Source: Piromyces finnis finn (taxonomy: Eukaryota; Fungi; Neocallimastigomycota). From it: a stretch of DNA of 64,000 nt. The notes beneath the pieces are model-generated. The model was not told where the DNA came from. It searched no databases and was given only the letters and a program-made list of their open reading frames with translations. The DNA lies in NCBI GenBank assembly GCA_002104945.1, contig MCFH01000003.1, forward strand, positions 1,116,001 to 1,180,000. Reading direction: 5' to 3'. Position 1 is the stretch's first letter. Each line of letters begins with the position of its first letter. Of the stretch, positions 1-12,320 are shown piece by piece. Both the position numbers and the translations under genes were made by a program.

Positions 1-2739
1 AAAAATACAATATAACAAAGAAAATGATAAAATCGTAAAATATTGTTACAATAATGACTCTGAAAACCATAAAAATTGTACACTTCAAAATAGTTTCAAT
101 ATTAATACTATACAATTATCTTCCTATGATAAATGCATAGACGATACCGTTATTAATTATAAAGAAGAAATTTTTGATGATAATGATACTATGTGTTATG
201 AAGAAAGTACTTTAAAATATATGGATAATCATTGCATTCGTGATGATACACCAATTAATTTTGAAAATAATTATAATAATTATAATTTTAAAGAACGTAA
301 TGACCAAAAAGATTATATATATGTTGATAGTTTACATGAATCACCTTTATTACAGTTAAATAATAATAAAAATATTTACATAAATAAAATTAATAATAAT
401 AATAATGAAAATTATCATAATAATGATACTAATAATAATAATAGAAAAACCAATATAAATAATGACAATGATGATAACAATAACAAATATAATACTAATA
501 ATAATGATGATAACCGTAGTATAAATAATAATTGGAATAAAGAAATGTTAAATAGTATTGTATATAGAGATGTCGATAAAAATAATTGTAATTTCTTAAA
601 TGATTACCGATTAAGGTATATATAACTTTATTATAATGAAAAAAAATATTATAATTAATTTTTATTCTAATGATTTTAAATTTCATAAATAACAAATATG
701 AAATATTTACACTAGATTCTTTTCAGGTAATTTTTTTTTTAAAAAAAAATGAATATAAAAAAAATATTAATAATAAAAAAATACATAAATAATAATATAA
801 CAATTAAATAATGATTTTTTTTTAATTTCTTATATATTTAATTAATTTAATTAGAAAATATTAAGGACTATGTATTTAATATTCTGGAAGAATCAAAAGA
901 TAGAATTAATAATAAAATAGATTTAATAAAAAAAGTATTTTATATAATTATTATTGTATCAGCTCTCTTCTGTATTGTAATTTCGTTCTTCCTTAATATG
1001 TTTTGTAAGTAAAATTAATTATGATAAAACAAAAATAAATAATTATAGTTGAAAAAAATTATATAATATTCTTAATTTATTATAATTATATAATTAGGTT
1101 TAATCACTTTACTTGATGAAAGAACAAATATTCAAAAGAAAACATTAAGATTATTTAAAACAATTTCTAAAAGTATTAAATATTTTTATTATTATACTCT
1201 TCTTTATTTAATATTAATTCAATTTTTAAAAAAAAAAACATATTTTAAAATTACAAAATTATTTAAATATTATTATTAGGTGTTTTTGAAGACTTACATG
1301 ATTTATATAAAAAGAATATTAAAATTATTGCTGATTCAACAAATGTAAATCCTGAAATATTCCAAAAAGAAATTAAGAAGAAAGTTGGAATGATTTTAGA
1401 AAAATCAGGAAAACCAAGATATAATAATACGAAAGCATATATTTGTAATTTATTTATGATAACATCCATTGTATCTTTTTTAGTTCCTTTTATTGTAAAT
1501 ATAATTATATCAAAAAAAAATAATATATATATATTTATTCTTTCCTTTTATAATATATATTATATAATATATTCATATTTCTAATTTTTTAATTTTTTAC
1601 TATAATCCCAACAAATATTAATAAAAAAAGATTTGTAATAATTATATTGAAGATTCTATAAGTTATGCCGTCAATATTGTAAGTTAAGTAATAATAATAA
1701 ATGTAATATTGATTTAAGTATTTACTTTATATTTTTCAATTTAAAATAGTCAGATAGAAAAAAAATGATTGAAGAAATAAATTTATATACCATGGAAACA
1801 GTATTCCAAGATAGAAATATATACCCACCAGGTGATAGTGAAATTAAATTAAAATTTGTATTAAATAAGTTAAAGGTAGTATTGAATTAAAAAAAATTAT
1901 TAAATATACAATGGTTTAATTAAAGAATAAATAAAAAACATTAAATAGTAATGTTATTAAGCATTATTCATGGTTTTTTATATATATATATATATATTTA
2001 TTTAAAATTTTATAATTTAATTTTATTAATAGAACTTGCAAAATGATATATTTTATGGAAATATTGGTTGCAAACCTATCTTTAAAATGAATATATTTAA
2101 AGAATTCATGACAAAATCATCATGTAAAATAGATAATAGCTGTGATTCCATAACAGTTAATTCAAGAATAGGTATAAATATATATAAAATAATGCATTTT
2201 TATTTTATTAAACTGATTATAAATAATTATATATTTTATTAATTTTTTTTTTTTTTTTCAAAAAAAAAAAAAAAAAAGGATTTAATGCCAATGTTGGTTC
2301 CATGAATATTGACCAACTTATAACAGAATATATTACTAATAGCAATATATTCTATAGGGAAACAGAAGTAAAGCAACAATTTAATCAACAAAATTTATAT
2401 AAAGAAGAATTAAATAAGAATAATATTAAAGAAACATTAGCTAAATATCATAATAATGATATTATTAATTATCAAAATTTAGCTATTCCTCAAATCCAAA
2501 AAGGCCTTTCACAAATAGAAGATTTATTAAATGCTGATATTGATAAAAATATGGAAAAAAGTTTTAACTTTGTATATGTATTAAGAATCACTAGTTTTAT
2601 TTTAATTTTGTTTTCATTATATATTACTTACAAAACAATTATAAAAATTGTAAATGATACAAGTGAACTTGTCAATGTAATATTTTCTTTATACTTGAAT
2701 AGTAATACACCCATTCCTGATTTCAAAGAAAATAATTAG
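1..2739 (+). CDS. 3' part of a multi-exon gene for an uncharacterised multi-pass membrane protein (5' end lies outside the window)
   Basis: The frame is open from base 2 to the donor at 615/616. Frame-consistent GT-AG exons follow at 716-726, 855-~1005, 1098-~1172, 1280-~1494, ~1631-1678, ~1750-1875, ~2033-2170 and ~2279-2739 (stop TAG). The spliced product has hydrophobic segments (VFYIIIIVSALFCIVISFFLNMFCLI; AYICNLFMITSIVSFLVPFII; FVYVLRITSFILILFSLYITY) flanking a Cys-containing loop. Confidence 0.7.
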
Positions 2740-3336
2740 TAGATATGTTTTCATAATTAGAATTTTAATTATGAATAATAGGTTAATAATATAAAAAAAA
2801 AAAAAAAAAACATTTATTTCAATTTGTATTTAGTTTAGTCATAATTTCGAATATTAGTAAAATAAAGTAAAATAAGAAGAAAAAAGTTTAATTTTTTTAA
2901 TAGACATTAAATATTTTAGAATTATTATAATCAATAAACTTTAACACACATATATATAACTATAAGAAAATGATAATGTTAATAATGATGATGATTTATG
3001 CATATTTAGTTTTATTTACTTCGATTGGTTGTAGTAGTAACCATTTATTACTTTTTGATTTTATGTAATAATAATAAAAATTAAACACCTTTTAATACAA
3101 TAAGATTTCAATATTAATCACAATAAAAAAAAAAAAATTAGATTCTAATAAATTTATAATTTTATTTTACAAAGACTTATTTTTCTAATTAATAAAATAA
3201 TAATAAAAAAAAAAGACTATACATTTTTTATTAAATCAATATTTATAAATAAATAGATAATTAAATAAATATAAATTGAAAATTATTCTAAATATAAATA
3301 CATTAATACATCTTTTGTTCTTTTAAAAAAAGTATC

Positions 3337-4896
3337 CTAACATAATTTCTTAATTCCACACCAGTCATTATTTTCAACGCTCCAACTTCCATATTCGTCA
3401 ATATAGACTTCAAATGGACATTTAGAATTACAACATTTATAACCAAGTTTAGATGACCAGCAGGAAGAACTTTGAATAATACCACACCATTCACCATTTT
3501 CAATACCCCATTGACCATCGGCATCAGTATAATAAACTGGATAGCTAGATTTACAACATCTATAACCAAGTTTTTCAGACCAACAACTATTGGAAGATTG
3601 GGTTTGTTGAGATGATGATGGTTTAGTAGTGGTAATTGGATTGGTAGTTGGATTATTAGATGAAATGCCTACTGAAGTATCAATCTTATAACCTTTCCAT
3701 GAAGCAATCCAACTGTTGTAATCATTTGAAACTGTACTACTTAATACTTTAGAAGTATTTGTATTTTTACCACGAAGGAATCTATCAATAAATTTGTTTA
3801 CATCATTAACTTGGGAACTAGCAGCAGAACAATGCATATGACCACCAACAAAATTGAAACCAAATCTATCTTCAATTCCCATAGCTTTCCATACTTCAAG
3901 AGCAGCCATAGCAGAAGTATAACCAGACTTATCACCTAACCATTCATAATCAGGATTTCCCATGGTGAAAAATGCACGTGGTGCAACCATAGCAATTAAT
4001 TCGTGATGATCATATGGTAATCTACCGGCTTTACCATTGAAATTGTTTTTTAAAGCTTGCATAAACCATGAATAATTTGTGTTATCAATTTTTTCAACAT
4101 TACCTATAGTATCAGAAACTCTCCAAGAATTAATACCACCACCACCAGATTCTTGTGGAATGGTTAATGCAACACGTTCATCAAAAGCACCACCAAAAAG
4201 TGCCATTTTACCAGCATATGAACAACCAGTTACACCAATATGATTCATGTCTGCATGAATTTGATCTTTAACTTGTTCAAGACCATCAATAAGACGAGAG
4301 ATACCCCAAGACCATGCAATATAATCACCAGCTTGTCTAAGATTTGGGTATAATTTATAAAATGGTGCATTTGTATTTTTTTGACCATTCATAGAATATT
4401 GTGCACATTGATCATGATTAAATGGAACTTGAATGAAACCAGTAAATTGACTGGCACTAAGAGAACCTGTATTACTATTCATTCCAATAATAATTGGGAA
4501 TGGGCCACTACCACTTGGAACAGAAATTTTTGAAGTAAGTGTAAGAGAACCATTATTGTCATTAACAACAACAGTTAAAGTTCCACCAGAATAAGTAGCT
4601 TTAATATTTTTTGGTGGTGCTGGTTTTTTACCAAGTTCATAATTTTCAATTTCTGCTTTAATTTCATTACGTCTACATTCCCAATCTGCTAAAGTCTTAA
4701 CACGACCACTTCCATTAGACCATTCAAATGGATCTGGTAATTTAGCAACATTTGGACATTGGGAAGGACTTGGTAATGGTGGTGTTTTACATGATTCACC
4801 CATATTTTCTTTTGGGTATACAAGTGGAACTTCAGCAACAACTGCTTTGTAAACTGAAGATAATATTATACCAATACAAGCAAATGATAATTTCAT
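3337..4896 (-). CDS. Secreted CE15 4-O-methyl-glucuronoyl methylesterase with two C-terminal fungal dockerin (CBM10-like) domains
   Basis: Intronless 519-aa ORF with a signal peptide. It carries the CE15 nucleophile motif GCSYAGK, the acid motif PQESGGGG and the His motif GGHMHC. A Thr/Ser/Gln linker leads to two Cys-rich modules, CWSEKLGYRCC...WGIENGEWCGI and CWSSKLGYKCC...WSVENNDWCGI. Confidence 0.95.
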   Translation of the reverse strand: MKLSFACIGIILSSVYKAVVAEVPLVYPKENMGESCKTPPLPSPSQCPNVAKLPDPFEWSNGSGRVKTLADWECRRNEIKAEIENYELGKKPAPPKNIKATYSGGTLTVVVNDNNGSLTLTSKISVPSGSGPFPIIIGMNSNTGSLSASQFTGFIQVPFNHDQCAQYSMNGQKNTNAPFYKLYPNLRQAGDYIAWSWGISRLIDGLEQVKDQIHADMNHIGVTGCSYAGKMALFGGAFDERVALTIPQESGGGGINSWRVSDTIGNVEKIDNTNYSWFMQALKNNFNGKAGRLPYDHHELIAMVAPRAFFTMGNPDYEWLGDKSGYTSAMAALEVWKAMGIEDRFGFNFVGGHMHCSAASSQVNDVNKFIDRFLRGKNTNTSKVLSSTVSNDYNSWIASWKGYKIDTSVGISSNNPTTNPITTTKPSSSQQTQSSNSCWSEKLGYRCCKSSYPVYYTDADGQWGIENGEWCGIIQSSSCWSSKLGYKCCNSKCPFEVYIDEYGSWSVENNDWCGIKKLC

Positions 4897-5859
4897 TTTA
4901 TCTTGTTGTTTATTTACAAAAACTTTCTTTTTTATTAATTGCTTAAAATTGAAATTAACAGTAATTATACTTTTTTTTTGTTGTTTTTGTTGAATTGTTA
5001 TTTTTTAAAATTTCAGTTATTAAAATTTTTTTTATTTTTTAGTATAACTTACATCTTAAAAAAAAAAAAAAAGTGGATTTTCTATTTCTTTATATATTTT
5101 TTTTATTGTTCATTTTTTAACAATAGCCGTAATTTGTACTACATTAATTTATTAAAAAATAAAATTAATAAACCTTAATATATATAATTTTATTTTTTTT
5201 TATTTTTAATTTTCTATTCAACCGTTTTTTTCTATTGTTGGAAATTAATAGTAAATGATTATTTCATTATTTCTACTCTAATTCTATTATTCTTTTAATT
5301 TTCCATTCTTTCTATTAAACCTTATTTATTATTATTTATAATGAATTACACAATTTATTCATATATATATCACGTGTTTTACATAAATAATTTATTTTAT
5401 CCAATGAATTTTTGGAAATAAATGAGTCAAAACAATTCATAATTAATAATTACAATGGAAAATAAAATGAAAAGTAAAATTTTAATTATAAAAAATGTTA
5501 ATTAAACATAAATATATGTAATATTATAATAGATTTGTAACTATATTTTATATCACAGTATTATAAAATGTGATATTTCAAGCCTTTCTCTTTTCATTCA
5601 CTATACATCAAAACGTCATTTTTCATCATCTTATGAAGCAATTAACTTATCAAAAATAAATAATTTTTCAAATACTAAAAATATTCTCTTTTTTTTTTTT
5701 TTTTTTATTATTTTTACTATGAATCTTGTTTTAATAATGAAATATCCATAGATGATATGGATCATACATTTATATTATTAATAAAAAAAATTTATTAATA
5801 ATAGAACTCTTCAGTAAAAAAAATAGTGGATAGAGAATAATGTAAATTTAATATATGTT

Positions 5860-5906
5860 CTGGATTTCCTTAGGGCCGGATTTTTGGCCCACTGGAAAAA
5901 TCTAGC
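5860..5906. promoter_or_regulatory. GC-rich island with GGGCC-N8-GGCCC inverted repeat (candidate cis element)
   Basis: The sequence ctggatttccttagggccggatttttggcccactggaaaaatctag stands out in otherwise AT-rich intergenic DNA, between the divergent CE15 and zinc-finger genes. A similar element lies at 61592-61635. Confidence 0.3.
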
Positions 5907-7879
5907 ACAAGATAGTATCTAGAAAAATATTAAATAATATTAATAATAATTAGCTATACCATTATCATAAAAATTATAAAATAACCGTAATATTTAAGAA
6001 TATATGCAAACAAACTAATAAATTTTATGTATATATTTTAAAGTTTTCCTTTAAACTATCTTTAAAAAAGTTTGAAGGTGCTACTTTTTATATTAAAATT
6101 TAGATATTAAAAATATAAAAAGGTATTAAGGATATTTATTCAAATTGGGTGAATAAATTGAATTGTATCAAATAAATCGTTGTTAACAAAGTAATTTTAT
6201 ACTTTTTGTAAATGCAAATAATCTATAAAAGATTTGTATTAACTTATATTTCTTTCATCTTTCATATTAAACTAGACCTTTTTCATTTCCAAAATATATT
6301 GAATATCATTTACATGTTTCATTTCAAAATAAGTATAGCTTTCTATTCAATAAAAATAAAAATATACAAGCAAAAAAAAAAAAAGAAATTTCATTTTTTT
6401 TATATATTTTATAACTTTATAATTTAATTAAATAATAGTTGAATTTAATTATCTTTATTATTTAATAATTAAAATAAAACTATCATTCTTCATATACATT
6501 ATTAAAAAAAATGTATATAAATCACAAGGTACTTGAATATTTTCTTTTTTTTTTTAACTTTTTATTCAACGATAAAATACTTGTATTTCTTTTTTTTTTT
6601 TTTTAATTCATCATTTTATTTTTATTGATATTTAAATTATAATATAAATGAGATATCTTTTCTTTCTATATTTAACTATTTCCATTAAAAAGTATAAAAC
6701 ATATTATTGTTTTAGCAAAATATGATATACAATTGTTAATAGCATTAATCATTTTGTACTTTATATATTAATAAAAAGTTATTAATAACAAAAGTGAACA
6801 TTATAAACTTTTAAAAAAAAAAAGATTATTTTTTTTAGTATGAAAATTATTTATTGAAAAGTTTCTATAATTGAAAAAGGTTCTTTTATATTACTTTTAT
6901 TCTTTCTGGAGTTTTAATTATATTTTAAAGTTTGTGGAGGAAATTATTTTTTAAAAATAGATATAAAACATAAAAACAAGCATATAAATCTTTTTTTTTT
7001 TATTAAAAATTCTTCTTATGCAACAAAAATAACAACAATATTAATAATAGCAATAACAACAATAACAACAATAATAAATATCCATTTTTAAACACATCTG
7101 TTCTGTCAATAATTTTCATTCCTTATAAAATAACATATATTTTTAAACTTTGAATTTTTAAATCTTTAATTACATTACATTTTAATTTTAATAATAAAAA
7201 TTTCTTAATACATTAATTAATTAACGTATTAAAATGTATACATTATGTATATTAGTATTTTTTTGAAAAGGATCAAAATTTTATAATTAAAAGTTTTAGT
7301 ATTTATATATAAATATATAAAATAAAAATTACTTATGTAAAGATTACAATTTTGATTTCATTAAAGAAATAAAAAGCTCTTATAAATATACTTTATTATT
7401 CATTTATTTTGCTCTATTTTTTATTATATTTTTTTTGCAATATTTATCAAATTACTGTTTTTAAGATTATAGAAATTTTAATTTTTTAATTTTTTTTTTT
7501 TTTATTTATTTATCTTATTAAAACGTTACTATTTTTAAGAAATATAAATACAAATATAAATTTTATATTTATATGCCGAAATAAATTCAAAATCTTAAAG
7601 AAATATAAATAATGACAGTAAATAAGAAAAGTAAATACTTATAAAAAATGTGAATAATTTATATTTATTTAATCACAAATTTATGAATGATAATAATTAA
7701 TGAACTTGAAATTTTAAATATTTTAAACCATAAAATAAATAGTATTAATTTATACTTTTTTTTTTTTTTTTCCTAAAGATATATATAAATAACAGAAAAA
7801 CAATTTTTAAATTGTAAATTAAATAATATACAAAAATATATATATAATTTTTTATACAAGTAATTTAAAAATAAAAAAG

Positions 7880-10338
7880 ATGCAATCTGGACAAATTTCA
7901 ATTCAGTCATCCTCGAGATCCAACAATGTAAATTTACCGACACAACTTATTATAAATAACACTCAAGGAACGAATGATATTTCCTCTTTATCACAAAAGG
8001 AAAACTCTCAACCTTTATCAACCGGAATAATTAATCCAACTATTAACAATGCTACATTGTCACCATTAATCATTACAAATACAACTAATAATCCTTCTCT
8101 ATCCTCATTTATTATTACTAATAATAATAGTAATAATGTAAATATATCCCATCAAATACTTAGTCCATGTATTAATAATACTACATTGTCTCCGCAAGTA
8201 CTTACTCAAAATTTAAGTAATGTAACATTATCACCACAAATTCTTAGTCCAAATATAAATAGTGCAACCTTGTCACCACAAATGCTTAGTCCAAATATAA
8301 ATAGTGCAACATTATCACCACAAATGCTAAGTCCAAATATAAACAGTACAACATTATCACCTCAAATGCTTAGTCCAAATTTGAATAGTGCAACCTTGTC
8401 ACCACAAATGCTTAGTCCAAATTTGAATAGTGCAATCTTGTCACCACAAATGCTTAGTCCAAATTTGAATAGTGCAACCTTGTCACCACAAATGCTTAGC
8501 CCAAATATAAACAGTGCAACCTTGTCACCACAAATGCTTAGTCCAAATTTAAATAGTGCAACCTTGTCACCACAAATGCTTAGCCCAAATATAAATAATG
8601 CTACTTTATCACCAGCAATGCTTAGTCCAAATTTAAATAATGCTACTTTATCACCAGCAATGATTCCATCAGATATAAATAATGTAGCTTTACCATCAGA
8701 AATGCTAAATCCAAATATAAATAACGCTCCATTATCACCAATAATGCTAAGTGTAGATAGAAATAATTCAGCATTATCACCTCAAATACTTAGTCCAAAT
8801 ATTAATAATTCAGCTTTATCACCAATAATGATTACACCAAGTATAAATAATTCAACATTAACACCTGGTGTAATAAGTTCAAATATTGGCAACGCTCAAT
8901 TATCCAACTCATTAACATCTAGTATAATTAATAATAATACTTTATCACCAGTGGTAATTAGTCCAAATATTAATAATACACCATTATCCCCAATTCTTTT
9001 AAGCCAAAATATAAACAATGTACCAATATCACCCGTAGTTGTTAGTCCAAATATAAATAGTACTACAAATGTTATCGCACAAGAAATGAGTAATAATACT
9101 ACCAATGATATTCTTTATAAATCTACAGGATTAAATTCGAGTTTCAATAGAAGTAAATCCTTTGATGATATAGCTTCTCCAGGTAAGAAATATTAAATAT
9201 TTTGTTATAGTTTTATTATATATGGATGTAGATAAATTGAAGGTTTATTTAGCATAAGGTATGTAATTTTTAATAGACTTACTGTAAATTTATATAATTT
9301 TTTAAAGGTTTAAATAATAATGGAAATGAGGCCTATGATACAAAGGACTTATCCATTAATTCGATAAATTCTATTCAGGGATTTAAACAAAATATTGTGA
9401 AAAATATTATGAAAGCTATAAAAGAAACATCAGGAGAATTAAGTAAAGTAAAAACGCTTAAAGACAAATCGGATAACGATAAAACTAATGTTTCTTCAAG
9501 GTTAAATAAAAAAGATTTAAATACCTCCATAGGTATAATTGAAAATAATGGAATCAATGAAGATGAGGATGAAGAAATAATAAGTAAGGATGATGCTTTT
9601 GAAGAAGATAACAATTTATCGAGTAATGAAAACAGCGATGAAGAAAGTCGAAACAATATTAAAAAGAATGAAGATGAGATTCAAGAATTTGTAGAAGATT
9701 TTTTAATGGATACCTTTTTAAATTCCAAAGAAATTGATTTAGAACATCATAAAGATCTTTTTACAGCCCCGGCATTTGATTCAGAAAATAATATGGATCA
9801 ATTTAGCATGTCAAGTTTTATGAAACAACAACAGTATGGTTTTTTAGGAAAAAATAAAAATGATGACGCACAAAATATTGAAATTTTAGCCAATTTAAAT
9901 ACGTTACGGAAATTCTCTGGCAGAACGATCGATCCTTTACTAGAATTAAAAAAGATAAAAGATAGTGAAAATCCCGTAGAATCCTATTCCAATTCTGGTT
10001 TGCTTTCAATGAATAGTAAGAATACAAATTATTATAGATTAAATAATTTAGTAAAAAAAAGAAATGGAAATCGCCTATCATCATCATCACCTTCTGAATT
10101 TGTATTAAATAAAAATGATAATATAGGAACGTCTTCTTCTTCATATTTAAAAACTTTGCCAAATCCTCAAGGGAATAGTCCAAATCCCAATTCAAATAAA
10201 TATTTAAGTCCGTTAGTTCAAATGATAAATAATAAGGTATTATCGCCTATCGAGGATGAAAAGGTATTTATTTTATAAAGTTAAAATATATATTTATTAT
10301 TAAAATAAATACAATGAAATTAATAGTAACAACAGTTG

Positions 10339-10371
<33 letters not shown>

Positions 10372-11356
10372 CTAACATTTTTGTATATTAATTTATTGTC
10401 TATGTCTATTCTTTAAATTTATAGAATCCAGTTTTATCACCTATGGGATTTAATGCAGCCATGTTTTTAGCATCGAATTCCATAAATTCTTCATTAAATA
10501 CAACTAAATTTCAAGATAATAAAGATAAGTCATCATTATCTTCTATACCAAATCCTAATTTTACTAGTCCCATAGGATCGCCTTATAATACAACACCGAT
10601 ATCATCAAATCCCACTTCTCTTCATTCTCAAAATTCGTTAGATACTTTAAATATACCAAAGAATAGTGAAATTTTATATAGCCCTGATTTTAATATGATA
10701 ATTGAATCCAATAGTCATAAACATTCATCATCATTAACTCTTCCCAGAAAAAAAGTTTCATCGTATCCCAGAGCCTTAAACACCACCGAAATAGAACAGA
10801 TAGAAACTGTAATGCATTCTCCACAGATTATTAATTCACCGTTAGTGAATAGTCCTACCTCCTCCATAAGTGAATTTGATACGTCTATTAAAACGGTATC
10901 CAGTCCTCATCATGAATTATCATCCCTAACCCCGCATAAAATGACATCAAAGAATAGCTCGGAGAATGATGTAAAAATCGTCAATGCCTATGTATTAAAA
11001 GATTATCATCGTTACATGCCAGGAAGTACTTCTAATTCCATTCAACAACAACAACAGCAACAACAGCAACCGCAACCCTCTAATACTAAAAAAACCCCTT
11101 CCATTGTACTGACGCCAAGTACAGATTCCTTAGTACTTCCATCTCAAGTTGCCATAGATCATAATAGAGGTAGAATTCGTTCTAATTCCTTAACCATTCC
11201 CCCAAATTTATTAAAACTATCCACATTTATTAATGATAATGATAACAATACTATTACTACTACACTCACTACGACTGCTACCACCACCAATAATAACAAT
11301 ATCAATAATACTTTTACGATTGCTACAACATCAACAACAACAACTACTACTACTAC

Positions 11357-11409
<53 letters not shown>

Positions 11410-12320
11410 TAAATGCTTTTCAAGTGAATTCTGAAAATTTAACTGGAGAGGACAAGGATAATTTTATAAGAGTAAATGACAATAACAACAATAATAATAA
11501 TAATTTCTCTAGTATGCAAGATGAAAACGATAAACAACCCGATCATCTGACACCGAATAAATCAAAAGCAACAAAAAAGAAATCATCCAAAAAAGAAAAT
11601 ACTAATCATAATAAAAGAAAAAGTAAATTTTTGGGTCAAGAGGAAATTTCTTTTTCTTCCTCTACTCCCGATAGTGTAGCTAAAGGAAAGATGAGTTCCA
11701 CAGAATCATCGATGACCACGACAATTGAAAATTCATATAAAAATGAAGAAGATGATTCACAAGAAATTTCATCAAAAACATCCACCTCCAACTCCACCAC
11801 CCCAACCACCAAAAAGACAAGAAAGCGTAAAACACAAGATAAACCAAGCCAAACCAAGAAAAGGAACAATACCAGTGGAAATAGAAAAAGAAAAGAGGTC
11901 ATTCCAACGACGCCAGAACCAAAAGAAGAAAAATCAGAAGAATTATCCACGTCACTAACTACTACTACCACTACCACCACTCTCCAAGATACCCTATCCA
12001 ATGATTCTAATAAAGTGAATCAATCCAGTAATGGTAGAATGATTAAATATCCCAGAATATATGAATGTAAATTTCCCGGATGTAATAAAGCCTTTACCAA
12101 AGCGCATAATCTTCGTTCCCATGAACGTTCTCATATGAATGATCGACCCTATTCCTGCAAATATTGTGAAAAAAGTTTTGTTCGACAATATGATTTATTA
12201 CGTCATGAAAGAATCCATACAGGTGTTAAACCATATGTCTGCAAAAAATGTCTTTCTGCCTTTAGTCGTAATGATGCCTACAATAAACATATTCGTGTAT
12301 GTTTAGAAAAAAAAGATTAA
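7880..12320 (+). CDS. C2H2 zinc-finger transcription factor, Crz1/Ace2/Swi5-related, 1384 aa, 3 exons
   Basis: Exons 7880-9182, 9308-10263 and 10425-12320 are joined by GT-AG introns that keep the frame, merging three ORFs from the track. Three C-terminal fingers read YECKFPGCNKAFTKAHNLRSHERSH / YSCKYCEKSFVRQYDLLRHERIH / YVCKKCLSAFSRNDAYNKH, with helices resembling Crz1 and Swi5/Ace2. Basic NLS-like patches (KKTRKRK, KKR...RKRK) precede the fingers. Confidence 0.9.
8138..9061 (+). repeat. Coding minisatellite, 42-bp / 14-aa unit (ATLSPQMLSPN[I/L]NS), about 22 copies
   Basis: The unit agtgcaaccttgtcaccacaaatgcttagtccaaat(a/t)t(a/g)aat is repeated. About 9 central copies are near-identical and the flanking copies are more degenerate. 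Confidence 0.95.
11358..11410 (+). repeat. (AAT)n coding microsatellite encoding poly-Asn in the transcription factor
   Basis: An uninterrupted aat run lies in exon 3, next to Thr-rich and Gln-rich tracts. Confidence 0.9.

Noticed and set aside
8896-12188. Antisense and alternative-frame ORFs over the transcription factor gene (and similar ones over CE15, MAP4K, RGP1 and the DUF2236 gene)
   Set aside because: They are shadow ORFs of real coding sequence with biased composition and no independent motifs.
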